Origin: Candidatus Bathyarchaeota archaeon
Lineage (GTDB): Archaea; Thermoproteota; Bathyarchaeia; Bathyarchaeales; DTEX01
Reading direction: 5' to 3'
Assembly (NCBI GenBank): GCA_963714275.1
Contig: CAVQNT010000006.1
Span: forward strand, 320,001-384,000
DNA length: 64,000 nucleotides
In this document: one piece after another, positions 32,775 through 46,046 of the stretch
How the letters are laid out: each line of letters opens with the position of its first letter
How positions within the stretch are numbered: position 1 is the first letter of the stretch
Position numbers and translations under genes: made by a program
Notes under the pieces: model-generated
The model's input: only the letters and a program-made list of their open reading frames with translations
Database searches by the model: none
What the model was told of the DNA's origin: nothing

Positions 32775-34106
32775 TTAGATGGAGTGGGTAAAATAATTGA
32801 CAACACCGGAAGAAGATTCATGACGATTGATCCTCAAGAAGCTTATTCAGAGAAGCACGAAGCGCTTCTGGACTGCGATTAATATCCATCACTCCGATTC
32901 TCGATACTGTACTCCCATATTTTCTCAGCAATTCTCAATGTAAAGAGAGTCCAGTCTACAGACTCTTTTCCAACTTTCGAGCTCCTCTATTCTCATACTT
33001 GGAACATTGTTGAAGTCGAAGCACAATCCAAAGGTTTTATTTTCATGCTTAAAATTCCAGAGAACTGAAGGTTTTCTGGCAATTTCGCACGCCCAGAATA
33101 TCTTTTCTTTATGAAGGCGACGATCTTTTCCTGTTCTTCTTTTTCTTCACGTTTTCTGGCAACTTCAGGATCAACTATATTTGGTGGATATTCTGGATCA
33201 GTAAATTTTTCTTCATCTATCCTAAAGGCAAAGCACATAAGTACTTTTCCAACTTTACTTTTAGAGCTAAGTGCATCTTGGAGTAAGTACCATGGCATAC
33301 TCATCAAATTTACCTGTGCCGCTTGTTTTATATATATCGCCTGTCCATGCTCTCTCTTTTAGTCCCGGCTCATACAACATTAGTCTATTGTAAACCAAAA
33401 GATCCTCATCTGATGGATATTCGGCAGGCTTTAGAAGTCCTTTGTTAAGTTCTTTGATAAGGATGACAAGGTTGTCATAGTCTTTATACTTTCCGACTTA
33501 CGTGAAATAAGTCTCATCATTATATTGACAGTTCCAGCTGCGGGTTCTTCGCCCATTTCTTTACAAAGAGACTTGACTAATGCTATGACTGTGTTCTCAA
33601 CTTCACTTTCTACAAGGTCGCTTAAAGCCTCATCTTTTGCCTTATCAACTCACCCTCCCACAAGAGTATTAGATTGAGGATCTTATTTCCACTTATTGAA
33701 GAGATGATTAGTTCTTGCAGAAGAATGGATCCTCACTATCCTCTCTTTTGTTAAACCCTTATGTGCGATAAAGCCACATAATGGAATATCATATGTCTTC
33801 TCATAGGCTGATTTCAGAATGTCAGGATCATCTTCTTCGAAATTGGTGCCAATATGATGACAATGAATGGTCCCGGAATCTTATGCAAAGCCTCCACAGC
33901 AAGATCATAAGTTTTGGTTCAAGACCAGCTAAGTCCAAATCGAGTATGACAACTCTAATGTTGCACATTATGTCCGGCGGGTCTCCCTTGGCGTCCCAGT
34001 ACTGTACTGGTATGCCCTTTTCTACAAGTTTAATAAGGGCCCTTTGGATGTCATCATCATATTTGTCATCAACAAACAATATTCTTCCAGTGCATGATAT
34101 TGCCAT
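32775..34106 (-). CDS. Response-regulator receiver-domain protein with long C-terminal region (frameshifted)
   Basis: ILFVDD and VILDLDL receiver motifs; downstream of the kinase. Confidence 0.65.
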
Positions 34107-34109
34107 ATA

Positions 34110-36237
34110 GAATCACCTCCCAGCAATTGGTAAGATTACAGCAATATTGGCTCCTGACAAAAGACTGGGATTGCTGTCTTGGCTAAGTAGTTTCAATTTG
34201 CCTCCATTCATTCTTGCAATCCGGTCAGCTATCTACAGACCTAAACCCATACCATTTGGCTTTCTCGTGAAAAATGGTAAAGTCAAAACATTAATATCAT
34301 TGTCTTGAAATCCTGGACCACTATCACTAACTGCAATCATTGAGTTCTTATCATCAAATGGGGATATAACAATCTTGATCTCTCGGTTTTCTGCTCTTGC
34401 GAAGAAGCCAATAGAAGCTATTGTCAAGAAAATTTAGCAACATTATAATAATGAGTCTTTCAGAACCTTTTACATTTATCGAATCAGGTCCTTCTATTCC
34501 AAATCTGATATTATTACGTTCAAATTTGAAGCGCATAAGATCAAGTGCCCTTTCTGCCGCCCTTTTAAGTTCAAATGTCTCTTCTTCACGAGTTTGTCGC
34601 ATCAATCTTCCTATGCCGCCAACTACAGAATATGCCTGATTGAGGAGTTGAACTACAGAATTGATTTTTACTAAATCTACCTCCTCCGATTTACGCATTT
34701 GCCCAAGAATCTTTAGGGATTCATGTATGTCTCGTTGTACCTCATGGGTGGGCATCATATATGTAATGCCGAAAGAAGCCTGCAACAAGAAGCGGTTGCT
34801 CCTTTTCTGTGAGTATGCTTTCCAGAGCTTCACGTGCTTCTGAGATTAACTTACTGATTTGATATTTGGTCTCGCCATCTATGCTGGCCTGATCCATAAC
34901 CATCTTTGACAAAGCTGCAAGATTACGAGTAAAAACAGCTTTGTCAGTTACCTCAGGTCTGATTTGCCCGGTTGCCTCTTTTAGTGGCTGCCGATCTCTG
35001 ATTCTCTCTGCTTCGAATTGTATGATAGCACTTTTAACCAGACTCCAAAAATCCCGGAAAGCATCATTATCAATCAATCCTTCCCGTCAGTCTTGTCAAG
35101 GAGGTTAGGATTTGTCACGGAGGATATTTCTATCGCACCTATAATCTGATTTCTGCTTAAGTGCAGTTCGAATCTTCTGACTCTTTCTAAATCCATGCTT
35201 AACCAATCATTATCAGGATTTCCATACGGTAGAACACGAAATCCATCTCTAAAAACCTTTACACCACTATTTGGTCGTATCATAACTTTATAAGTTGACA
35301 TATCACCAAAAACTGCCCTTTGATCTTGTACACTTAGATCCCAAGAATAAAATCTCAAATCAAAGGGTCCACAAACTGGTTCTCTGTCACCACTGAATTC
35401 CTCAGGATCTCGAATGTCAAATTCCTTATTTGAACTCTGATTCAAATCAGGCAGATCTGGTCTTTTGAATCTATAATGGTATTTCATCTTTCCTGAGCGA
35501 TTAATTTCACCAGTAAAAGTGTACGTTGCTTTGTTAATTATTTCATTCCAATCTGGAATGGAGACTGGAGGAGAAACTTCATCTTCGATTTTCATCTGTA
35601 TATCAAAGTCTGAAAGGTCCTTAAACGGCGATTTCAAGGCTAAAATGTTTCTTTGGATACTTTCGATCATTTTAGGACTCCATGCCCTTTGCAGTTTCTT
35701 CACAATAATCATAGTTCCGCTTAAGTTAGTCCCGATAAAACTCGAGGCTCTGTTACTTCCCATTCGACCGGAACATCTTCCAAGAAACCTTCTTGTCTGA
35801 AAGCAGTCCAATCAAGAATAAGTCTTATCTCCTGGTTCGTGTTGGCACATCTTACGACGCCAGTTAAATAACCGAGTTTGTGAACTGCAAGGCGCCCAAG
35901 TCCTTTCTCACCTAAGCATATTCTCCTCCCACTTTGAGTCAATCGAGGTTTGAGATCTGGTCCTCGAGTGTTCAGATAGTGTTCCTAACTCAAGCCAGGA
36001 AGAAAGGACAGTCTCAAGGGACATGCCATGACCATTGTCCTTCACTGTTATGTAGCCAATTGAAGGCTCGCTTATATGAAACAGAGTCACGATTGCTTCT
36101 GTAGCATCCGCATCATAGGCGTTTTTTACCAGCTCTAAAACAGCTGCGACTTCGTCAGTAATTAGTTGTTCGCCTAACAAAAGCATTAATCTGGCACGCG
36201 TAGCGACTCTCGCTTGACCCTTCTTTAGAACGCTCAT
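34110..36237 (-). CDS. MORC/GHKL ATPase fused to histidine kinase (frameshifted)
   Basis: ELVKNAYDADA, DNGHGM, GEKGLGRLA and FRDGFRVLPYG; C-terminal HEV, NFLDNS, DSGPG and FFTRKPNGMGLGL. Confidence 0.8.
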
Positions 36238-36239
36238 TA

Positions 36240-37292
36240 AACCTGCTTCCTTACCGATTTCATAGTCTGCAAAATATTAGGACAATACGAATCTGAATTG
36301 TCATTCGGGAAGAAGCTACTTCGCAGCCTAATACCTTAAGACGTTCGAGCGAGCATTTGCACGCGTTCATTGATATATCTGAACCTATCCATTTTCGAGA
36401 TGATTTGAAACACACGACTCCCGATGTTCCCGAACCTGCAAATGGATCATAGATAACCTGACCAGGGTAGAAGAACAAGTCACAATCCTATCTAACAGTG
36501 CTTCGGGTTTTTGCGTCGGATACACCATTTTCTTACTGTGGACTGGTTTTATATCGATCCAAATATCTTGAAGTTGTTTTCCACTCATCTCATCGAGATA
36601 ACGCTTGAGATATGGAAGTTCTCCTTTCTTTTGCTCAATCCTACCATTTTTGAGTAATTCGAGCATCTTGGGTTTGTTATAACGCCAGTACCGTTCTACG
36701 CCAAAGAATTCATATATTGGGTTGCCTTTGACTGATGCTTCCGGCCTGTTAATCTCCCAAAGCATACCTACGTTTCGTAAAAGACTCTACGTATCGATAT
36801 GCTCCTTCAATATAATATTCGTCATATGGAACATACTGTTGATTCGACATAATCTGATGATTTGGTATAGATTAAAATCGTGTCATGGATACGCCCAAAA
36901 TGACGGCTTCCTTGTCCCGAATCATTGTGAGAACTCTGGCGTTTCCAAATCTATTCATTTAGGAAGTTGCTTCTTTCAAATATATCGTAGGCTAAAACCT
37001 TCAGGTTGTGGGAACTATGCCAGTCACAGTGAATATATATCGACGCAGTATACTTCATTATTCTTTTGAATTCCAGCAATCGTTGCTCAATCCAATCAAG
37101 ATATTCACATAATCCGTTCCATTTGTCCTCATAGTGATAGTTGCCTATTTGATATGTTCGATTTGAAAAGAATGGAGGATCAACATATATTAAGTCCACA
37201 GAGGAATCAGGAAGCCTTCTACATGTTTCCAAACAATCCTCATGAAAGAGGGAGTACTCTCCTAATTCTGTAACACGTGTGATTTTTTCCAT
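36240..37292 (-). CDS. N6A/N4C DNA methyltransferase (beta class), frameshifted
   Basis: LIYVDPPF, YPTQKPEALL and DPFAGSGT. Confidence 0.85.
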
Positions 37293-37349
37293 TTTCGAGC
37301 GCCTTGAGTTGAAAAATGGTATATTATATATCGCCAAAAGACAGTTGAG

Positions 37350-38630
37350 GAAATCCGCATACTTATAACATATGTAAGCTGCACTAGCAATGTCTGCTGA
37401 GACTGCTCAGTTTCTGGCATATCACGAACCAGCACTCCCTGGAATGCTTTGGACATTAGAGAATTAAATAGTTTAGTAATTTCTTGAGTAGATTGTTTTT
37501 GTCTATTTCTAAGAGCTTCAACTTGTTCTACAATAGAAGCAAATTTCTCTTGAAGCTCTTTGGGTGGAATTGGAACTTGAATCCGCTTTACATCTTTCAC
37601 GATAATCCTTCTTATTGCGCTGCCTGACTTCATGTCAGTTGCTTGTTTCAAAATGGACTTATTCTTAAGAAGGTATTCAAGAAACTTTTGGTTGATTGCT
37701 CTTGGATCGGGACGTATAATTGCAAGTGAAGATAGGACAATAAATTCCTTATTGAAATCGATTGAAACAACTTTTCCGACAGTGCCATCTTTCGAAAATA
37801 ATACATCCCCTGGTTTTGGATTACAATTCTTTTTTAGTCTTTCATAGTCATCATTCGAAATGAAACTGCAATCACTGAAATCAATCCCGTCATCTTTAAC
37901 ATGTTTCACAGTGATAAACGGAAGCCCAGTTTCAAAGAAGGGAGGAGTAAAATGGCTACCATCGGACAGATATAGACAGACATTCTCAAGAGAGCGTATG
38001 GGATAATTGTTAGGATTAACCGAAGGATCTCCAAACATCTGCAAAAAAACAACTTGAAGAATCCTGTTAGTCATCTGATTTGCTTGATCTCGTTTTTGTC
38101 GTAAACCTGTAGTTCTATTTAGAATGTTTACGATGTTTTTCTGAACCACCAAAGGCGGAAGAGCCACCTTGAATTTATTCAGACTTGAGATTGTAATATG
38201 TGGGAATGATGTCTTGCCAGCAATTTTCTCTAATTACTCTTTGTGAGCAAGCAAATAATATGCCAGATAATCAGGGATGACATCAACTAAACATTTGAAG
38301 GAATTGAACTGTTGATTGGTACAAAGTTTAATTCTATTTATTGCAACTTTGCCAACCGTGGCGGTACATGTCAATAAAACAGAATTAGTCGGAATCAGGA
38401 TAGCAGAACTTTTTCGAAGACCTTCCTCTGTAATTTTTCGTTCAGTATTCTAAAACATAGTTTATATAATTCTCTTGAAGTTCGGAATTTGAAAGCCAGT
38501 GTATCGTACCTTGCTCCCAATACTCACGCTTTGCCTTGCTCGGGGTACCACCACTAAATCTTTGAAAATATTTAGTATCCCCAAGTTCGACTATTTTCCA
38601 ATTTTGTGGAGAATTTATATCTTCAATCAT
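37350..38630 (-). CDS. hsdS: Type I R-M specificity subunit (frameshifted)
   Basis: GGTPSK, TNQQFN, LPPL..Q, FLQMFGDP and IPPKELQEKF: two TRDs with conserved spacers. Confidence 0.88.
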
Positions 38631-40115
38631 TCTAAAAATTCTCTCAGATTCTTCAATTCTCCAGAGATTTGTTCCTCTAACTCCATGATGTTATTGATCA
38701 ATATCTTTGGATCTTCGTATTCAACATCTTCTCGTTCAACATTTCTTGTATCTTGAAATGGATAGATTGTAATCATTCTGCTTTATCTTCTCAAAAGGCA
38801 CCAAGACACTTTGGTTTGATTCCTCTCGTTTCTCGAAATTTTTGAATGATGTCGGGGATGTCACCTTTGCCATCGATGAATTCACGTTTTTGGTCAAGGC
38901 TGTATCCGTCTTTTCGCATTTCATAGAACCAAACTTTGTCAGTCTTACCACCTTTCACGAAAACAAGGACTGCAGTACCAACACCGGAGTAGGGTTGGAA
39001 AACTCCTGAAGGCATGGATATTACTGCTTCAAGTTGACAATTTTCTAACAGAAGTTTTCTGGCTTTGACATGAGCATTTGATGAACCAAATAAGACACCA
39101 TTTGGAACGATAACTGCAGCTCTTCCACCGATTCTTAGTAAGTTGTAGAACAGTTCCAGAAATAGAAGTTCAGTCTTTGTGGTGTCTATTTTGAAAGCGT
39201 CATTAATGTCGCTCTTATCGATTGACCCAGCAAATGGTGGATTAGCAAAGACAATATCATATCGTGCTTTTTGTTCAAATCTTCTTTGAGAGTGTATCAG
39301 CATAACGAATGTTTGGTCTTTCAATTCCGTGGAGAATCATGTTCATAAGCCCAATGCGAACCATCGTTGTGTCAAAATCAAATCCGTAGAATGTTTCTCG
39401 TTTCAGAAGGTTCCAATGAGATTTTTCAACTATTTTATCTCCAATCAAGATTGTGCAGTGAACCATCTTCATGGATATTTATGATATCATCACTTGTGTA
39501 TTTTCTCAAAATATGTTCATAGGCAGCAATCAGAAAGCCAGCTGTGCCACAAGCAGGGTCACAAATAGTCTGCCCAATATCTGGATCAACAAGTTCAATC
39601 ATCATCCGAATGATATGTCTTGGCGTTCTGAATTGTCCATTCTTCCCAGCAGTCTTCAGCTCAGCAAGTAGATGCTCATAGATGTCTCCTTGAGTGTCTT
39701 GATTCCGTTCAGTAATGTTCATCTCATCGATAATTGCTACTGCTTCTTGCAGAAGCGAAGCCTTTGGAATAACAAACACGGCATCCTTCATGTACTGCGA
39801 ATACAGAACATCATCGCCATTTGTCAGATTCTTGATGAAGGGAAAAACGACTTCTTGAACATGCTTCAGCATCGCTTCAGCGTTTAGATGCTTCCACTGT
39901 GACCATCTACAATTTTCATGTCCTTCAAAAATGGATATGTGTTTCTCGTTTCTCGCTGCTGCCCTTCTTGCATGAATACTATCCAGATCTTCCAGTCGTT
40001 TCATGAAAATCAGATAAGACATCTGCTCAATTGCAGTGAGTGGATTGGCTATTCCACCAGACCAAAACCTATCCCAGAGTTTGTTAATCTGCGATTTTAA
40101 TTCAGGCGCTAGCAC
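38627..40115 (-). CDS. hsdm: Type I R-M methyltransferase (frameshifted)
   Basis: [33 protein letters not shown]. Confidence 0.92.
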
Positions 40116-42916
40116 GAATAACTTCTACCTCCAATTTGTCGCATAGCTGAATCACTTCTTTAAGTTCATCGTTATTGAAAAGTGGAATAGGGGCGTTAAC
40201 ACCGAAGTTAGTGAATGGCGGCTCAAACAGATCACTATACTCTATATGATGTTTTTTTAAGAATACGGTTTGAATTGTGCGGAGGAAATTCACTTGGTCA
40301 GAGTTAAGGTAGTTCTTCTCTATTATAAAGGCTTTGAATGCTTCCTCAATTCTCTTCTTTGCATCGGGAAATTCGTAGAGACCTAGAATTTTCTTGATAA
40401 ACTGGACGAGAGTTCCCTTGTGTTGTCTGTATGCTTTCTGCAGAATTTCTTCAGTGATGTAGAGTTCTGGGCCATTCAAGGTCTTCTCCAAGTTTTTCAG
40501 ATCTTCTTCTGTGAGAACTCTCGTCATGTTTAATTTTCTTAATCGTGGGATGCTGTTCAGCGAGTTGTTTGATTCTCTTCTCAACCTTGTCAATGTATGT
40601 CGTAGCATATTCTTGAGTTGGAACAGGCCCATACTCAATAAACTCTCTCTTCTGTACAACATCATCAATGTCAAGGATTATCGTAGGTCTAGGTTCTGGC
40701 TGTTTATATTTCATTAACGGTGTGAACTCTTTGAGAAGAATTTGGGCATCATCGAAGGACACGTTTTTCCAGTATTGTGGGCGTAAGACTTTATCAAGCA
40801 GTTCCTGTTTATCCTTCACTTCATTAATTGTAGTCGGTAATGCGTAAAGCCACTCACCTATGTCATCCTTCAACCTATCAATCTCGTCTCTATTATTCCG
40901 TAAAATCGCAAGATTCAACTGTTCAATTTTCAAAGCCCAAGACGCTTCATTTGGGTTAACATCCTTCTGGTAACGCATCAAAGGCGCAATCTTCGTCTTC
41001 AAAAAGACTGGAGCATCTATTCCAACTGTGTCCCACAACCTCGGCGAGACCGCCTTCTCAATATCCCGTTCATGTTCCCTTATCGTAATAGAATCATAAG
41101 GCAACAATTTGATGTCTTGAATAAGTTTCTCCTTTACAAGTTCAGCTCGGTTGTCCTTTGTTTCAAGTAAATAATTCAATTGTTGAAGTCTAGTTAGGAA
41201 GATTCTTGTAGGAACAGCTTCACTCGGTTTAGCTTCCTTGCCCTCGGGGTGCATGTTATGCCATTCGAAGTTATTCCAAAAATCAAAAATCAGGAAATTC
41301 TCTTTCCTTCCATCCGGTAACCAATCCCTATGTTCACATATTCTATCGTGCCTTGTTCCCCGCCCTATCATCTGCCAAAATCGTATTTTGGAAAATACAG
41401 GTTTCGCGAAGACAAGATTGCAGACTTCTGGAATGTCCACACCAGTATCAAGCATACCAACAGAAATAGCAACACGTGGAAAGCTCTCTTTCTTGAATTC
41501 TTTGAGAAGCTCGTCCGCTCTCTGATCCTCTGAGACTATTCGTCTCGCTATTCGCCCTTTATACTCAGGATATAATTTTTCAAATGCTTCCCATAACCGT
41601 GTTGCATGCTTCTGCGAGACTGCAAAAATAATTGTTTTCGCTGGCAGTGTTCCCGTAAAATCCATTAGACATTCATCCATAAACTCCTTGACGATCGCCT
41701 CATTTGTTCCCAGTACAGCGACTTTCTTCTCGATATCTGTCCCTTCAAAATTGATCTCTTCCTCTGAAATTGCCTGCTCCTCAAGCAATTTCTTTTTTAT
41801 CGCGTCTGGAACATCACTTGGCCTAATACCTTCAATTTGAAAATGAGTTTGAGCCACATATATTTGGTAGTCAGCGAGCCAACCGTCCTTAACCGCTTCT
41901 TCATAAGTGTAGAGATAAGTTGGAATACTATTCTCACAATTGAAGAATCTAAAAGTGTCACGTTCGATTAGGTCCGACGGTGTTGCTGTGAGTCCTATCT
42001 CAATTGCATCAAAATACGTGAAAACTTCCTTCCACTTATTGTAGATAGAACGATGGGCTTCATCAGAAATGATTACATCAAAATCTCCTGGGGAGAATTC
42101 TTGATAACATTCCATAAAAGTCTGAATTGTAGAGGCGTAAAGCCGCGGTGTCTTGTCAACTTTTCCCGAGAACACTTTAACTTTCGATTCGTTAGGGAAG
42201 AAAGTTTTGAACCCGTTATCTCCGTATGCTTGGTCTCTCAACTCCTTTCTATCAGCCAGAAATAGAATCCTTTGGGCGCGATTCGCTCTCAACAGAACAT
42301 CAATAAGCGCCATTGCGACGCGAGTCTTTCCTGATCCCGTTGCTTGAACGATCAAGAATTTCCTTTTACCCTTATCTATTCCCTCAAGTACTCTTTTAAC
42401 TGATTCAATTTGATATGGTCGGTCAATGATGTCTTTGCTGATAGGAACCTCTGAGAAATCCTTCTTCGAATAATTCTGGAATCGAATGCGCTCAAGTGAG
42501 GCTCTATCATGATAACCGCTAACCGCTCGTGGTGCTTCGAAGGGTTTATTACAAAACCATATTTCATAACCGTTCGTCAGGAAAATGAAAACATCCTTCC
42601 CAGTCTGCTTCTTGATATCATTGGCATAATCTTCAGCCTGTTTTTGTCCAGAGAGATAATCTTTTTCTGTTCGTTTTGCTTCGATAACAGCCAAGGGTAA
42701 TCCATATGAATCTAGTAGAAGATAATCTGCGTACGCCTTTTCTTCTGGGCTCTTTAGAGTTTGAGCCACTGTCTTGTAGTTTCCAGCTTTGAAATCCGAT
42801 TGTTTAGTATCAACTTCTTGGATGACTTTGCTTCTATCATTAACGTCCCAACCCGTTTTCTTCAATAAAACATCTATTTTTTCTCTGCGTGTTCTGTACT
42901 CGGATGCTTTAGCCAT
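40102..42916 (-). CDS. hsdR: Type I R-M restriction subunit, EcoEI-like (frameshift near 40520)
   Basis: ADY...IEAK nuclease motif, ATGSGKT, DEAH, LTATP, QMIGRGTR. Confidence 0.93.
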
Positions 42917-43111
42917 AATTATCCCACTGATCTCCCCTTTCTTCTGACTAGATCATTATACTTCCTAAAAGATAGTATATTATATTCTATATAACTTAAT
43001 CCTAGATTCTCTTTTTATCTCCTCCAAGTATATTACGAAATCTCTTATAGATGTTCCAAAGAATTTAAAGGAAAAAATTACTTATAAGATCTTATATTGT
43101 AAAATTTTCAT

Positions 43112-43381
43112 TTATTTAATTTCGATGAGTTGCATGGCTTCGTGGAAGTAGTTGAGCACGTTCAAGCCTTTCTCTGTGATCTTGTAGGTTATGTGGCATC
43201 CCAACTCTTCAGAAGTAATCCACTTTTGCTCCATCATTGTGTCGAGAACCTGCATAAGAGGCTTCCAGGAAAGGTTAGTACTGTACATGATTCGTGTAGG
43301 CTTGTTGACGCCTTTCTTTATTGCCTGTAAGATGTCGAGGTAAATTTCGATCCGTGAACGTTTAGAGCTCAATTTAAACAC
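43112..43381 (-). CDS. Winged-helix regulator, paralog of 28086
   Basis: KRSRIEIYLDIL...PTRIMYSTNLSW...YKITEKG. Confidence 0.8.
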   Translation of the reverse strand: MFKLSSKRSRIEIYLDILQAIKKGVNKPTRIMYSTNLSWKPLMQVLDTMMEQKWITSEELGCHITYKITEKGLNVLNYFHEAMQLIEIK

Positions 43382-43959
43382 CTAAGAGATACAAATATTA
43401 AAAATACATAATAAAAGACAATGTGCGTCTCTCAACCCAACACAAAAAACATTCTTTTTCTTCAGTTACGAATTATACAGCTGCTCACTGGAGTAGAAAA
43501 AACGTACTAAACATTTAAATATTATGGCGTTATGTTGGGGGAGTCCATGTGGTGATTGAAACAATGAAAAGTGAAACAAAAGATTATTTGGAGATGGCTG
43601 TGTTAACTGTCTTCGGTAATACTGCTGCATACGCCATTATTCTATACCTGCTTAGGGTAATCTGAAAGCCTAAGCGCGTATACTATTAATTAAAAACTTA
43701 TTATAACATTGATTATCAGTATAGGTCGTTCTGCGACCAATCTCTTTTTGGATCTCTTCTGCTTTTCCATTCTTATTTAACTCACTGCCAGCATAGTATC
43801 TTCGATTTTTAGGACTTAATGACTTTAAAGAGAGGTTTTTTGGTTTAAAAATCTCAATTTGGTTTCTTTAACATGTTATGTTTTCTTCTGTACAATTATT
43901 TCTCAAGCTTTTTTATACTATATCTTCAATTTTGTTTGGTGTTTTGGGTTGGTGGACCC

Positions 43960-44157
43960 TTGATTGAAGAGGTTATTAGGCTACTCGAGGATAGAGCATG
44001 GCATAGTTTTTCAGAAATTCAAGAGAAACTAAATCTACCCAAGGATTTGTTTTATAAAAGTGTACAATTCTTTAAAGAGTTCGATTTAGCGGAAATAGAT
44101 GAAAAACAGGAAAGAGTAAAAATGTCATCCTCTTTTTTAAACCTCACAGTTTCATAG
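43960..44157 (+). CDS. Small winged-helix protein
   Basis: WHSFSEIQEKLNL...FFKEFDLAEID. Confidence 0.5.
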   Translation: MIEEVIRLLEDRAWHSFSEIQEKLNLPKDLFYKSVQFFKEFDLAEIDEKQERVKMSSSFLNLTVS

Positions 44158-44227
44158 GTTTAACCATTAATTATAAAAGAATGCTTGGCACAGCGATGGA
44201 ACTGTTGCGGAATAAGGATGGATAAAG

Positions 44228-44425
44228 ATGGACTTAAAAAATGAGAAAGTGTTGACTGATGAGGAATTAATGAACCTGATCCAGGAATATTTGGAGAAGG
44301 ATTTTGACGAGTTGTGGTTTGATTTAACTTCGAAAGAAAGAAAAAAAGTGTTCTCGAAACTCCTCACTGAATACATGGTCTCATTGATTAAGAGGAAGGC
44401 TAAAGAGTACAATAAACAAGGATGA
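44228..44425 (+). CDS. Hypothetical protein
   Basis: Intact 65-aa ORF with a plausible RBS. Confidence 0.4.
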   Translation: MDLKNEKVLTDEELMNLIQEYLEKDFDELWFDLTSKERKKVFSKLLTEYMVSLIKRKAKEYNKQG

Positions 44426-44847
44426 ATAGTCAAGATTTAACTGAGCTTTTATTATGGTAAGATGTGTCTTTAAATGTTTATTTAGGGTGCGGATTTTCCC
44501 GCCCAACTTTTAGATGGCTTTCATAGTTAACTCGGAGCGGAAAACCAGTTTTGAATGGCTTTTTGGTTAATTATGGGAATCGGGATCCGCACTCTAAATT
44601 TATGAAGAGGTTTAAAGCCTCTCAGCTAGAACCAGTTAAGACTCAAGTTGAATAGGCTCTAAACCTTTCCAGAGAAAGGAAGGGTCCTCTTTTCTTTATA
44701 TAATTTTCCAAAGTTAAAAGCGAGTGCATTAAATTTTAACCCCCCAACCCTAAACTAACTTTTCCGTTCCTTCTCTTTTCCTATTAGCAATGTATCTAAT
44801 GCAAGAGAGTAAGCTTCTTAACTAGCCTTTTTTTTGTCTTAATACTT

Positions 44848-45171
44848 CTATTTTCGCTCTAGCTTGAAGATTACTGGTCTTAATCCGTCTGGGCAACATG
44901 CTACTGCAACTCCAGGTTCCTCATACCACTCAGGATACCAGGGATTGCCACCAAACCTGAGCGTCATAATCATCGCGAACATTGCCTCCCAAGCCCAGGT
45001 GCAAAACTCGCTTGGCCTACAACAGTATTCATCAACCTGGAATACCTGTCCTTCTTTGAAGACGGGACATGGACCACTATACTTTGCCTTGATTGGAAGA
45101 TCTTTGAATACCTCTTTGGTGTCAAAACGCTTGAGCACTGTAATCTCTAAGTAACTTGCCTTCCTCTCCAA
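44848..45171 (-). CDS. TIGR04076 family protein
   Basis: CPVFKEGQ, FCTWAW, CCPDGLRPVIFKLER. Confidence 0.85.
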   Translation of the reverse strand: MERKASYLEITVLKRFDTKEVFKDLPIKAKYSGPCPVFKEGQVFQVDEYCCRPSEFCTWAWEAMFAMIMTLRFGGNPWYPEWYEEPGVAVACCPDGLRPVIFKLERK

Positions 45172-45363
45172 ATAAACACCTCACCCATTGTCTAACCCGC
45201 GCACTTTTATGGCTTATGGAAGGACCTTCGTTTGGGTTTGGTGTTAAATTTTAATTAAAAAATAATAATAAGCCTTACGAAATAATGCCCTCTCTCCCCT
45301 TAGCTTCACGGATTCTTTAAGTAGGTTTTGAGCTAGCTAAAGCCCTTAAGGGATGGGTGTGTT

Positions 45364-45642
45364 TTGGGTAAGACTGTTCCTTCTTTCCATATGATGCTTG
45401 AGTCGGAGATTGCTAAGTGGAAAGAATTCGTGAAGGCTCTTCCAGGCAATTCAGACAAAAAAGCGTTTGAAGAGTTGATGAACCACTGCCGCAGGCACAC
45501 CATGGCTGCAGGAGCCTCCGTTAGACCAATCGTATCAGATGCCATGTTCATGTCCATTCTTCTAGCTCACGAAAAAGAACTGAGAGAAATCAAGGCTTCA
45601 CTAAAAAAACTTAACGGTGCCACGAGTAATGACGAACGATAG
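45364..45642 (+). CDS. Small helical protein of the family usually linked to archaeal PolB2 operons (arCOG07300-like)
   Basis: MGKTVPSF...WKEFVKAL...FMSILL pattern recalled for this family. Confidence 0.55.
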   Translation: MGKTVPSFHMMLESEIAKWKEFVKALPGNSDKKAFEELMNHCRRHTMAAGASVRPIVSDAMFMSILLAHEKELREIKASLKKLNGATSNDER

Positions 45643-46046
45643 TTACCACTAGTCTACTCTCCTTTCTATTTTCAAATTGCATTTCCTAAGCGCGCACCTG
45701 AAGCTCAAGCCAAGGAAATCAAGTTTAAAGTCACTAGTAAAAAGAATAAAACAGCATAAAATTTATTACGTGGAAAAGGAGATGATAACTCTCTGGGAGA
45801 TCCAACCTGTCTAAACATATATTTTCTCATCTCCCCGGCAGTTTGGGTTTCCCAGAAATCCTTTGAAGATGGAGTAGTGAAGATAGTAAGTTACAATATA
45901 ATTCTGAAGTAAACTTGAAACTTTCATAGGGACGGTTTGCGTAGATTAAATAATATTCAGAGAATAGAAAATTCTAAGATAAGATCCCCCTCTCCCTCTG
46001 TCTTCACAGACTGCTTAAATGGATTTAGTAGTGTCTCTAAATTGTT

